Positions 15,547 to 24,635 of a stretch of 64,000 nucleotides of DNA are shown one piece after another. The stretch is from positions 14,271-78,270 of the forward strand of contig JBGARJ010000016.1 of assembly GCA_044230315.1 (NCBI GenBank). Reading direction: 5' to 3'. The notes beneath the pieces were generated by a model. The model saw nothing but the letters and a program-made list of their open reading frames with translations, was not told the DNA's origin and made no database searches. The translations under genes were made by a program, and so were the position numbers. Within the stretch, counting starts at the first letter, position 1; every line of letters begins with the position of its first letter. Origin of the DNA: Saprospiraceae bacterium. GTDB lineage: Bacteria; Bacteroidota; Bacteroidia; Chitinophagales; Saprospiraceae.

Positions 15547-18354
15547 CTAAAACGGAATATCTTCGTCGTTCATACGCGAGGGCATGGTGATCGTGCTCGG
15601 CGAAAACGGGCCGGTCAGCGGGTCGTTCAAGCCGGCAAACGCGGGATCGTCGAGGTTGCCGAATTTGGCAAACTGATCCGTGAATTTGAGTTTTACCGTA
15701 TCCAGTGCCCCGTGCCGGTGCTTGGCCACGATGAATTCGGCCACGCCTTTGAGCGACTGGCCTTGTTCGTCTTCCAGAATTCCGTAGTATTCAGGGCGGT
15801 AGATGAATGAGACGATGTCGGCGTCCTGTTCGATGGCGCCCGAATTATGGCTCAAAATTCCGTTTGCAAACCAGGCTTCAGTAGCAGGTACGCTGAGCTC
15901 GAAAACATCTTCCTCCCCTTCAGGTTCCACAGCCACAATGGTGTCCCAGTATATATCGCTTTGCGAAAGCATTGGTAACGGTTCCTCCTGTGGCAAATCG
16001 GCAGGGCCTACCAGCACATCACTCGAGGAGGCAAGATGGGAATGGGTGCTTCCGCCGTCCGGGGGCTGCCTGAATGCGGCCGTTTTCCGATCGGAGATTC
16101 CTTTTTCGTGCATCGAATGTTTGACCCCGTCAAATACCACCAAAGGATTGGTGTCCGTATTCGTTGTTGCGTCCTTTTCAGCCAGAAACGCGGCCATTTG
16201 GGTTGCCGGGACCATTTTATCGCCAAAGGCGCCTATTTGTTCGAGAAAATTGAGCTGATCCCGCTTCCCGGATACGTCCACGGCATACATCGGGCGGTAA
16301 GCGCCCTGCCGCACCGTCCGGATGCGTGCCACGATCCCAAACCGAAGCAAGAGCACCGCCACGTCATCGGCCAAGCGCCGGCTGTTGGTGGAATATGTCA
16401 ATCGTGGAGATGTCCGGACGCTTGGGGATTTGGGTACGAATACGGTCCCGGCGGTAGCCCAGAGGTGTCGCAGGAAAAAAGCAATTTGCGTGTTGTTGAG
16501 CCTGAAAATTTCCGCCGGGACATGCTTCTGGTGCGAGCGTTGATCGAAAATGCCCAGCTCGCGGAACCAGGCGTTCATGCCCGCAGGTTTCCAGCGGTTG
16601 CCATTGCCACTAAAGACCAGTTGATGCCAGCGCCCCCGGCCACTATAGCGGCCCACCCGGCTGCCAAAAGCGCGTTCGGCGGCTGTCCGAACGGCTTCGC
16701 TGTTGTGCTCCGAGGCAGTTGTGTATCGCAGTGGCTGGTGTTTGAGATAACTACCGTCGCCAATCAAGTGGGCCAACAAAAGCAGGTGATCCTCGTTCCA
16801 ATGGAGTGTTTGAGCCGGCTCCGGAAGCGTGCGCGCAATGGCGATCCGTTGACCAGGTTTCAAGGTCGAAATTTCCTTCCAGCCGTCGAAGGCAAACAAC
16901 CTGTGGTCGGCTGTGCCCCGGACAAATCGGCCGCTGGCCAATTGCACCCTGTGCACCTGCCGTTTGCCGACCGGCCACACAAGACCTGCCTTTTCGCAGG
17001 TCAATTTTTGGGTTTGCAGGTGCATGGATACCACTTCGGGCATTTGTTCGATCAATTCCCGAACCGGGACTGTTCGCCCATCGGCGAGGTACACCATCGT
17101 GTCGCCGCTCACACATTCCCTTAAATCGCTCAATTGCGGCCGCTTACTACCGCCCCGCACCTCCACCGCCCGGCTGAGCTGCGACAAGGCGACGACTGGC
17201 ACATTCAGCTCCTTCGCCATGTTTTTCAGCGCGCGGGAGATGCCGGCTATTTCCTGTTCGCGGTTTGCGTTGCGCGAGTTTTCGGAGGCGCCGGTCATGA
17301 GTTGCAGGTAGTCGATGATCACGAGTTGGATATCGTGCTGCATTTTCAGGCGGCGGCATTTTGCCCGCAGTTCAAAAATATTGATGCCCGGTGTGTCGTC
17401 GATGAATATCGGCACTGTCGACAGGCGTTCCACGGTCGTTTGGAGTTGTTGCCATTCGTAGTCTTCCAGGCGGCCGTTGCGCATTTTGGAGCCGGGAATT
17501 TCAGACTCCATGGAGATCAGGCGCTGTACCAACTGGGTGCTGGCCATTTCCAGCGAGAAAAGCGCCACCCCTTTGCCGAAATCGCGGGCGGCATTGAGGG
17601 CCATGGCAAGCACGCAAGAGGTTTTGCCCATGCCCGGCCGGGCAGCCAGGATGATCAGGTCGGAGGGCTGCCACCCGGAAGTGATCCGGTCGAGGTCGGT
17701 AAAGCCGGTTGGCACGCCGGTAAGGCCGTCGGTTTTGGTCGACAGTTCTTCCACTTGTTTCAGTACCCGGCTGCTGAGGGTACCCATGCTCTCGAAGGTG
17801 CGGCTCAGGTTGTTCTGGGTGATGGCAAACAGCCCTTTTTCGGCGTCATCGAGCAGGGTGAACACATCCGTGGTGTCTTCATAGGCATCCTTGATCGTGC
17901 GGGTGCTTACCTGGATGAGCTCGCGTTGGATGTGTTTTTGCGCGATGATCCGCGCATGGTATTCGATATTGGCTGCCGAAGCCACGCGATTGGTCAAATC
18001 GACGAGGTAGTAGCTGCCACCCACGCGGTCCAGTTCGCCCAGTTTTCGCAGCTCTTCGGTCACCGTGAGGATATCCACTGGGTTGGAGCGCTCGAACAAG
18101 CGGATGATCGCGCGGTAAATTTGTTGGTGCGCTTCGTGGTAAAAACTCTCCGGTCGCAGAATATCCATCACCACCGGCAGCGCCTCGCGGTCGAGCATGA
18201 GGGCGCCCAGCACGGCCTCCTCGAGCGGCAACGCCTGCGGCTGCACCTTTCCGAACACATAATTCGACAGGCCCTCGTTGCCTGCTCCGTTGCGCTGCGG
18301 TTTCCCTTTGGCGCCGCCCGAGCGATAATCTTTATTTTCGTTTGTTTCTGCCAT
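15547..18354 (-). CDS. dnaB: replicative DNA helicase DnaB, interrupted in frame by an intein
   Basis: 935-aa ORF with Walker A ARPGMGKTS, Walker B VIIDYLQLM and LSQLSRAVE. The conserved LSDLRE-SGAIEQDAD motif is split by 424 codons. Confidence 0.95.
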   Translation of the reverse strand: MAETNENKDYRSGGAKGKPQRNGAGNEGLSNYVFGKVQPQALPLEEAVLGALMLDREALPVVMDILRPESFYHEAHQQIYRAIIRLFERSNPVDILTVTEELRKLGELDRVGGSYYLVDLTNRVASAANIEYHARIIAQKHIQRELIQVSTRTIKDAYEDTTDVFTLLDDAEKGLFAITQNNLSRTFESMGTLSSRVLKQVEELSTKTDGLTGVPTGFTDLDRITSGWQPSDLIILAARPGMGKTSCVLAMALNAARDFGKGVALFSLEMASTQLVQRLISMESEIPGSKMRNGRLEDYEWQQLQTTVERLSTVPIFIDDTPGINIFELRAKCRRLKMQHDIQLVIIDYLQLMTGASENSRNANREQEIAGISRALKNMAKELNVPVVALSQLSRAVEVRGGSKRPQLSDLRECVSGDTMVYLADGRTVPVRELIEQMPEVVSMHLQTQKLTCEKAGLVWPVGKRQVHRVQLASGRFVRGTADHRLFAFDGWKEISTLKPGQRIAIARTLPEPAQTLHWNEDHLLLLAHLIGDGSYLKHQPLRYTTASEHNSEAVRTAAERAFGSRVGRYSGRGRWHQLVFSGNGNRWKPAGMNAWFRELGIFDQRSHQKHVPAEIFRLNNTQIAFFLRHLWATAGTVFVPKSPSVRTSPRLTYSTNSRRLADDVAVLLLRFGIVARIRTVRQGAYRPMYAVDVSGKRDQLNFLEQIGAFGDKMVPATQMAAFLAEKDATTNTDTNPLVVFDGVKHSMHEKGISDRKTAAFRQPPDGGSTHSHLASSSDVLVGPADLPQEEPLPMLSQSDIYWDTIVAVEPEGEEDVFELSVPATEAWFANGILSHNSGAIEQDADIVSFIYRPEYYGILEDEQGQSLKGVAEFIVAKHRHGALDTVKLKFTDQFAKFGNLDDPAFAGLNDPLTGPFSPSTITMPSRMNDEDIPF
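15844..17115 (-). mobile_element. DnaB intein (424 codons) with LAGLIDADG homing-endonuclease domain
   Basis: It starts at the Cys of CVSGDTMVYLADG (codon 17113-17115) and contains block B GTADHRLF. LAGLIDADG-type motifs are LLLLAHLIGDGSY and FLRHLWATAGTV. It ends ...FANGILSHN (Asn codon 15844-15846), followed by the +1 Ser of SGAIEQDAD. Confidence 0.9.
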
Positions 18355-18440
18355 GTAGAGCCGGGTAAAAAGTCGGAAGACAAAGCTACTTTGAAATCCG
18401 CATATCGTTTATTTCCAAACATTCCGTATCACACGAAAAC

Positions 18441-18639
18441 TGTGGAAAAGTCTGGTGCCGATTGTGGAGAATTAAAAAAAAGTGGAGAGTTATCCACATT
18501 GGGGTCCTGTTTTCCACAGCCGGGGGCGGCTGACAGCCGTTGTCATCTGCCGGTCATTCAAGTGTTAAAATTATGAACCGGAAGCGGTTATGCAACAGCC
18601 GGATTTCTATGCCAGCTTGCCGCGGCCCCGCTTTCCACA
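18441..18639. promoter_or_regulatory. DnaA-box cluster (candidate oriC core or DnaA-regulated dnaB promoter)
   Basis: TGTGGAAAA 18441-18449, TGTGGAGAA 18463-18471, perfect TTATCCACA 18490-18498, TTTTCCACA 18510-18518 and CTTTCCACA 18631-18639. An AT-rich tract follows at about 18671-18772. Confidence 0.5.
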
Positions 18640-18877
18640 CCGGGGGGCCGGGCCGGAACAAAGTAGCCTCTTGTTAAAAAAATTATGGTACGCCCTTTCA
18701 AGACTCAAAATTAACAGTTTTTGTTTTGAAAACGCAAATCTTAAATTTTATATGATAAAACTTTTTGATTTGTCGGTTGGTCGCGGGCGGCTACCGTATT
18801 CTCTGTTTTTTAACCGCTTTCTTGAATTTAGGGCGACGTGTTGAACAAGTGTCCGGACGCGCCGGGCGTTTAGTTCA

Positions 18878-18916
18878 ACAAAAAAGCCGCGCCGGAGCAC
18901 CGGGGCGGCTTTTTTA
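18878..18916 (-). terminator. bidirectional-type intrinsic terminator downstream of the 18946..19632 gene
   Basis: AGCCGCGCCGG (18885-18895) / CCGGGGCGGCT (18900-18910) pairs at 10 of 11 positions. It is flanked by an A run and a T run. Confidence 0.6.
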
Positions 18917-18945
18917 AAACAAATAGTGCGGTGAGCGGAATGGTT

Positions 18946-19632
18946 TTATTGGCGTTCGTTTTCGACATTTCCCTGTCGTTGCCGGGCCGTTTCCACGGCG
19001 CTGCGCTGTTTGTCGATGTCGATCAGGGTGGTTTCCTGGTCTTTTTGGTTCTGCACCAGGTCGTCCTGCGCCTTTTTTAGTTTTGCCTTATAATTTTCGA
19101 TGTCGCGGTTCAGGTTCTCATTGTCGCGCTGCAGTTTCTTCAGTTTGTTTTCCAGGTTTTTCATTTTGTCTTCCTCGGCTTTTACTTCCTGGCCGACGGC
19201 GGCGCGCCGGACGTCGTAGTAAAAACGCTGGAGCAATTCTTTGGTATCGTTGGTTCGTACCGCGTCGTCGCGCCGGTTGAGGAAAAAGGAACCCACGTCG
19301 AACCAGACGTTTAGTTGCGCGCCGTCGCCAATTTTTTCAACCTGCGAATACAGGGTGAAATCGCCGGCGCTCACGCTGGCCGAACGGAGCCCGGCGGCCG
19401 ATTTCTCGCCCTTTTTTCCCTTTTTTAGCTTGCCGCTGAAGGTGTTTTTTACAAAGTCCGTCCACACATCCTCCACCAAACGGGGGTCGGTGTTGGGAAA
19501 ACTAATACTGAATCCAGGGCGGTTGCCAAAAGACATGGACTTGTCTACTTCCGTTACCAAATTCCCTTGTGCGGACATTGGAAGGGCGCCTGCAATTAAA
19601 AAAAAGAGTGTCAGTAACCAGTAAAAACGCAT
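18946..19632 (-). CDS. hypothetical secreted protein with C-terminal coiled coil
   Basis: Signal peptide MRFYWLLTLFFLIAGALPMSAQ and a C-terminal heptad-rich region KMKNLENKLKKLQRDNENLNRDIENYKAKLKKAQDDL. No family recognised. Confidence 0.7.
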   Translation of the reverse strand: MRFYWLLTLFFLIAGALPMSAQGNLVTEVDKSMSFGNRPGFSISFPNTDPRLVEDVWTDFVKNTFSGKLKKGKKGEKSAAGLRSASVSAGDFTLYSQVEKIGDGAQLNVWFDVGSFFLNRRDDAVRTNDTKELLQRFYYDVRRAAVGQEVKAEEDKMKNLENKLKKLQRDNENLNRDIENYKAKLKKAQDDLVQNQKDQETTLIDIDKQRSAVETARQRQGNVENERQ

Positions 19633-19861
19633 AACTTGACCTTTTTGAATGAAAAAATAAGGTGGAAAGGGGCTGTCTGTTTGTCAAAGACGGCTGGAGC
19701 TGCCCGGGGTCACATTTCCTCAAAGGTAAAGGAGTGAAGGCAATCGGGCGAAACAGTCAAAAAAATTAAATGTGTACTGGTGTCAAATTGCGCAAAGCCT
19801 GTTTTCTTTGTCGCCCCGCTCGGGATGCCCAAAAGCCGGTCAACCGGCCAGGGTGTTTTAC

Positions 19862-19877
19862 TGGCGAAATTTTTGCA
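19862..19877 (+). promoter_or_regulatory. possible sigma-54 (-24/-12) promoter TGGCGA-N5-TTGCA
   Basis: TGGCGAAATTTTTGCA has GG and GC exactly 12 nt apart, as in the TGGCAC-N5-TTGCW consensus. It lies 65 nt upstream of the ATG of the sigma-54 activator gene. Confidence 0.3.
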
Positions 19878-19941
19878 GTACGCATAGTGCCGTCAAACCG
19901 GAACATACTGCGCATTAACCAACCCAATTACTACAACAAAC

Positions 19942-21111
19942 ATGGCCAAAATTTTAATCGTTGACGATGAGATGCCTATTCGGCGCATTCTTCGCGAAAT
20001 CCTTGAATTTGAACAATACGATGTGGAAGAAGCCTCCGATGGCCTGGAATGCGTGGCAAAAGTCCAGCGCGAAAAATACGATGTGGTGATCATGGACATC
20101 AAGATGCCGAAAATGGACGGCATCGAAGCGCTCGAACGACTTCAAATCTTATCGCCCGAAACACCAGTGATCATGGTGAGCGGCCACGGCACGATCGATA
20201 CCGCCGTGGAAGCCGTAAAAAAAGGCGCCTTCGACTTTATCTCCAAGCCGCCGGACCTCAACCGCATGCTCATCACGGTGCGCAACGCCATGGAAAAGGC
20301 CGAACTGGTGACGACCACCCGCGTGCTGCAAAAACAAGTGAAAAGCGGGAGCAAAGGGGTCACCATGATCGGCGAAAGCGCGCCCATCGCCGAGATCAAA
20401 CGCCTGCTGGAAAAAGTAGCACCCACCGATAGCCGCGTGCTGATCACCGGCCAAAACGGCACCGGCAAAGAACTGGTCGCCCGCTGGATACACGAGAAAA
20501 GCAACCGCGCCAACGGGCCGATCGTGGAGGTCAACTGTGCTGCCATTCCGGCCGAACTCATCGAAAGCGAATTGTTCGGCCACAAAAAAGGTTCCTTTAC
20601 CGGCGCCATCGCCGACCGTCCCGGCAAATTCGAACAAGCCGACGGCGGAACACTCTTCCTCGACGAAATCGGCGACATGAGCCTCGATGCCCAGGCCAAG
20701 GTGCTGCGCGCGTTGCAGGAAAGCCGCATCACCCGCGTTGGCGATAACAAGGAAATCAAAGTGGATGTGCGGGTCATCGCCGCCACCAACAAAAACCTTC
20801 GCGATGAGATCGACGGCGGTCGCTTCCGCGAAGACCTCTACCACCGCCTGGCCGTCATCGTGGTCAAGGTGCCCTCGCTCAACGAACGCCGCGACGATAT
20901 TCCGCTGCTCATCGAGCACTTCAACCGGCGCATCAGCGACGACTACGGGCACCCGCCCAAAACCTTCTCGCCCGAAGCGATCAAAGCCCTCCAGGAATAC
21001 AACTGGACGGGAAATATCCGCGAACTGGCCAATGTGGTGGAACGCCTGCTGATTCTTTGCGACCAAACGGTGCGGGAAGAAGACGTACGACTGTATGTAT
21101 TTCCAAAATAA
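19942..21111 (+). CDS. sigma-54-dependent response regulator (REC + AAA+ domains) without a recognisable C-terminal HTH
   Basis: REC domain: ILIVDDE...DVVIMDIKMPKMDG. AAA+ domain: GQNGTGKE, ESELFGHKKGSFTGA (GAFTGA-type), TLFLDEIGDM. The protein ends about 35 aa after NIRELANVVERL. Confidence 0.9.
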   Translation: MAKILIVDDEMPIRRILREILEFEQYDVEEASDGLECVAKVQREKYDVVIMDIKMPKMDGIEALERLQILSPETPVIMVSGHGTIDTAVEAVKKGAFDFISKPPDLNRMLITVRNAMEKAELVTTTRVLQKQVKSGSKGVTMIGESAPIAEIKRLLEKVAPTDSRVLITGQNGTGKELVARWIHEKSNRANGPIVEVNCAAIPAELIESELFGHKKGSFTGAIADRPGKFEQADGGTLFLDEIGDMSLDAQAKVLRALQESRITRVGDNKEIKVDVRVIAATNKNLRDEIDGGRFREDLYHRLAVIVVKVPSLNERRDDIPLLIEHFNRRISDDYGHPPKTFSPEAIKALQEYNWTGNIRELANVVERLLILCDQTVREEDVRLYVFPK

Positions 21112-21278
21112 CGCCCGGCACAGGAGCCGATAAAAACAATAACCCCGGTGCGCCGGACGGTTTGGATTGCCCTGACCGCCGACACACCGGGTCGCTTGCT
21201 TTTATTGCGTGCAGTGGATCTCGCCTGACGGGTCAAAACCTTGTTTTGCCGCCGGCGGAAAAACCCGCCATAACAAGT

Positions 21279-24200
21279 CTATTGCATTTTTACCAATTTG
21301 CCGGAAGCGATCCGTTTTTGCCCTCCTGTCACCTCATAGAAATACAGGCCGTAAGGCAGCAAACCGGCGTCGAAACCGTAGTAACTGCCTTTAATCGGCT
21401 GCTGCAGCACCGTTTGGCCGAAGTTATTCAGCAGGCGGAATTGGAGGCTTTCCGCCGGCGCCGCCCCGTCAACCTGCACACCCACCCAACTGCTTGCCGG
21501 ATTGGGCGCCACGGTCACCCGGATGCCCGGGTTATCAGAATAATGCGTTCCCACCACCACAAAATCTTTACCCACGGTGTGGAGCGTCTGGTTGGTGATA
21601 ACCGGGGCATTCTGGTCAAAGTAAATAGCTGCTGAATTTTGGATAGCCGTGCCCTTCGACAGGTCGGGCCGTTGTGATACGCGAAACTTGACAAATCCCT
21701 GTGAGCCTTCCTGACTCGAAGCGCTATCCGGCAGGTTGATGCCCGGAAAACGGAAGACCACTACGCCGTTGCCCTGCATGTCCCAGGTGTACGGATGGCT
21801 GGAGGCGCCGGCGCGTACCGTCAGCGGATCGAGGTATTGCACCGGAATGGTGTCGCGCAGTTCTACCTCGAGGGCCGGCGCGGTACCGGTGTTCTGGAAT
21901 CGGATCAGGTACTCGATGTCGGTATTCTGCGCAATGAAATGTTCGCTGGAATAGCCGCGCGGGAAGCCATTTTTATCATTCGGGTCAAAGGAGTTGGTGC
22001 TCTCGAGGCAAAAAATATCCAGCCAGGGGTCGTCGTCGGGCAGCGGGTACTGGTTGACAAAGCCGAGGCTGACATTACCCCCCGATGCGCCGCAGCCTTC
22101 CGCCCAGGCCACCGGCATTTTCAAACCGGGGTATCCGGGCGCTTGCATGGCCTCCAGGCGCAAAAATGAACCGTTGGCCGGATACGACACGTCCAGGTTT
22201 TGCATGCTGTTCAGCATAAATTGTCCCGGCGTCTGCATGAGCAACACGTTGTCTTCGATTACGATATAATCGAGTGGCTGGCTCATATTGCCCTGCCCTA
22301 CATTCTGTATAGTAAATAACACCGAATCGCCGAGGCATTCGGCACTAACGGCAATCTGCGAACCATCCCAGTTGGCCCCGGGCGCCGAACAGGAGGTGTC
22401 CGGATATGCATGGGCCTCCACGCAATAGGTGGTACCTACCGGGTCGGAGCAGGGTACAATCACCGTTAGAGTGAAATACCCGCAGTCTTCAGGCGCCAGG
22501 GTGTCGAGATCAAAGGTGTAGGCGTTCCCGCTGGCGGAGGTCCACGGTATGCTCGAACCGGTGACCTGAAGGGCCGGATCAACGGTCACCACCACCGATG
22601 GCTCATTCGCTGCCACCGAGCCGTTGTTGCAGTAATGCACCGAGTAGGTGGCCGGCAGGCAAGGCCGCAGCCTGTTGGTGGCAATGTCCACATCAATTAC
22701 CGGACAGGGCGGCAGCGAGTCGCAATGCACGCCAAATTGCGCCTGGTACGAGGTACTGTCGCCAAACGATATGGAAAAGGCCTGCGGGCAGGTTACCGTA
22801 CAATTGAGTCCGTCGTTGGGAGGCGGTGCGATCGAGAAAAAGCCCTGCGAGGCATTGGTGAGGCCGTTCAGATCGGTGATCACAAAATAACCCGCCGAAT
22901 CCGTTGTGGCCACTTGGGTAAAAGCCTGGCCCTGACCCGTGATGACCGCGCCGATGGTCCACCCGGGATACCCCGGCTCGAATTCGTCCTTGATGCAATC
23001 ACCGTCATAGTCTTCAAAAACGTACCCGTACAGGCTGTCGATCGGTTGTTGGTTGAAATAGCCGCTGAAGTCGATCCCGCTTACGGTATCCTGGGGCAAT
23101 ACGGTTACATGCAGGGTATCGGGACAGAAAATCCACAGCGGCCCGGGTTTTTGTACAGTAATCTGGTAAGCGCCCGTATCGAGCGGGATGAAATATTCGC
23201 CGTGTTGCCCAACCGTGCCGGAGTTGACCAGCACCCCATTTGCCCATGCGCGGACTACAAACCCGAAGGCCAACGTATCCACGTCTGCAATACAATCGTT
23301 GTCGAAATCGTCTCCAACCGTTCCGGCGACACCGGAGGCATACGTCTGGCCGGTACTGGTCGTCCGGATCACATAGGGTACCGGCACGCTGTTCAGTTCG
23401 GTGCGGGAGCCGGCGATCAGGCATCCGCCGTCGGGCAATGCCAGCAGGCCATGCCCGTAATTGTAGGTAAAAAATGGCCCGAATACTTTTACCCACTGTT
23501 TGTTGCCTTGCAGGTCAAAGCGGAACAACCCGATCTGCGGGATATAGGAATCGGTTTGTCCAACCACCCAATAACCGGTGCCGTCTGCGGTAGGCGTAAT
23601 CTGCGTAAAGCCCAGGAAATTGAGCGAATCGGGGTGGTAGAGCAGTTCTTTTTGCCACTGCACAGCGCCCTGTTCGTCGAGTTTAACCAAGAGCCCCCGG
23701 CTGCTGCGCGAGCCGGCAATGAGGTAGCCGCCGTCGGGCGCCGCTGCCACATCGGCGGCCACATAGGGAGCGCCGCTTTGGTGAAGGGTTTGGTCCCAAA
23801 GTACCGACAAGCCATCGGGGTGAAACCGGGTGGCGATCAATCCGCTGGCGTTAAAGGTGGCGCCGTCGAAACCCTGCCCCACGGCCACCACGCCGCCGTC
23901 GGGGGTAGCCGTGGCGCCGCCAGCTTCCATCGACACCGGAAGGCCCCAGGTACCCGAATTCAGGTAGTTGCCCGCCAGGTCGTAGCAAACCTTGATGCCT
24001 TCGCCGCTTGTTTGATTGGCCGTCCGGCCAATCACCCACAACCCAAGCGCCCCTTCCACGATCCGGCGCCCGAAAACAGAAAAGTTCGGGAACAATAATC
24101 CCAGATCGCGCTGATACAGCACTCCGAACTGCGCGTTCAGTTTTACCAACAAAGCGGTATAGTGATTAACCTGGTCGATTTGCACCACCAATACCGCATA

Positions 24201-24503
24201 ACCGCCGTCTGAAGTGGCGATAAAATCCACCACACTTGAAGCCGGACCGAAGTTCAGCGTCTGCAATGGCGTTGCGGCGCCGTTTTCATCGAGGTGAATA
24301 ATTTTTACCTGATCGGGCGCATTGTTGGCATTTTCATCCAACACCAGCAGATAACCGCCGCCCGGGGCCGGCAGCACCTTTACCGCTTGTGCGCCCGCGG
24401 TCGGCGTCAGATCCGGGTACAAACGCTCCCAGCCTTGCCCGCGGGTTTCGGCAATGCCCAAAACAATAAAAACGAAGCAGGTAAGCACGCGCAGTGTGTT
24501 CAT
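21279..24503 (-). CDS. large secreted multi-domain surface protein with T9SS C-terminal sorting domain
   Basis: Signal peptide MNTLRVLTCFVFIVLGIAETRGQ at the internal ATG (24501-24503). The N-terminal part has repeated DGGY-type beta-propeller-like segments. The middle has SdrD-B/CNA-B-like segments (DFDNDCI..., DYDGDCIKDE) and a DUF11-like region. The tail is Por-type: ...LYFYEVTGGQKRIASGKLVKMQ. Confidence 0.85.
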   Translation of the reverse strand: MNTLRVLTCFVFIVLGIAETRGQGWERLYPDLTPTAGAQAVKVLPAPGGGYLLVLDENANNAPDQVKIIHLDENGAATPLQTLNFGPASSVVDFIATSDGGYAVLVVQIDQVNHYTALLVKLNAQFGVLYQRDLGLLFPNFSVFGRRIVEGALGLWVIGRTANQTSGEGIKVCYDLAGNYLNSGTWGLPVSMEAGGATATPDGGVVAVGQGFDGATFNASGLIATRFHPDGLSVLWDQTLHQSGAPYVAADVAAAPDGGYLIAGSRSSRGLLVKLDEQGAVQWQKELLYHPDSLNFLGFTQITPTADGTGYWVVGQTDSYIPQIGLFRFDLQGNKQWVKVFGPFFTYNYGHGLLALPDGGCLIAGSRTELNSVPVPYVIRTTSTGQTYASGVAGTVGDDFDNDCIADVDTLAFGFVVRAWANGVLVNSGTVGQHGEYFIPLDTGAYQITVQKPGPLWIFCPDTLHVTVLPQDTVSGIDFSGYFNQQPIDSLYGYVFEDYDGDCIKDEFEPGYPGWTIGAVITGQGQAFTQVATTDSAGYFVITDLNGLTNASQGFFSIAPPPNDGLNCTVTCPQAFSISFGDSTSYQAQFGVHCDSLPPCPVIDVDIATNRLRPCLPATYSVHYCNNGSVAANEPSVVVTVDPALQVTGSSIPWTSASGNAYTFDLDTLAPEDCGYFTLTVIVPCSDPVGTTYCVEAHAYPDTSCSAPGANWDGSQIAVSAECLGDSVLFTIQNVGQGNMSQPLDYIVIEDNVLLMQTPGQFMLNSMQNLDVSYPANGSFLRLEAMQAPGYPGLKMPVAWAEGCGASGGNVSLGFVNQYPLPDDDPWLDIFCLESTNSFDPNDKNGFPRGYSSEHFIAQNTDIEYLIRFQNTGTAPALEVELRDTIPVQYLDPLTVRAGASSHPYTWDMQGNGVVVFRFPGINLPDSASSQEGSQGFVKFRVSQRPDLSKGTAIQNSAAIYFDQNAPVITNQTLHTVGKDFVVVGTHYSDNPGIRVTVAPNPASSWVGVQVDGAAPAESLQFRLLNNFGQTVLQQPIKGSYYGFDAGLLPYGLYFYEVTGGQKRIASGKLVKMQ

Positions 24504-24591
24504 GTTGCATGGAAATTTTTGATGAACGAAACGAAACACTCGTTTGATGGTACAAAAGTGCTGTTAAGGGCATCCGAAAAAAACAACAATT

Positions 24592-24599
24592 ATCTTTGT
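24592..24599 (+). promoter_or_regulatory. putative -7 promoter box TATCTTTG for the 24636 gene
   Basis: Matches TAnnTTTG, 37 nt upstream of the GTG at 24636. Confidence 0.35.
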
Positions 24600-24635
24600 T
24601 TGTCAAAAAGTAAATTTGCCTTTAAAAAACACAAA

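Noticed and set aside
18590-18844. 84-aa ORF in the dnaB upstream gap.
   Set aside because: It spans the DnaA-box/AT-rich region, has an odd composition, and has no promoter or start context.
24294-24635. The long N-terminal extension of the 24636 gene in the ORF track (start 24294 or ATG 24522).
   Set aside because: The 24294 start would overlap the divergent T9SS gene. The ATG at 24522 lies 18 nt from that gene's start and upstream of a good TAnnTTTG box. The paralogue alignment begins exactly at GTG 24636.
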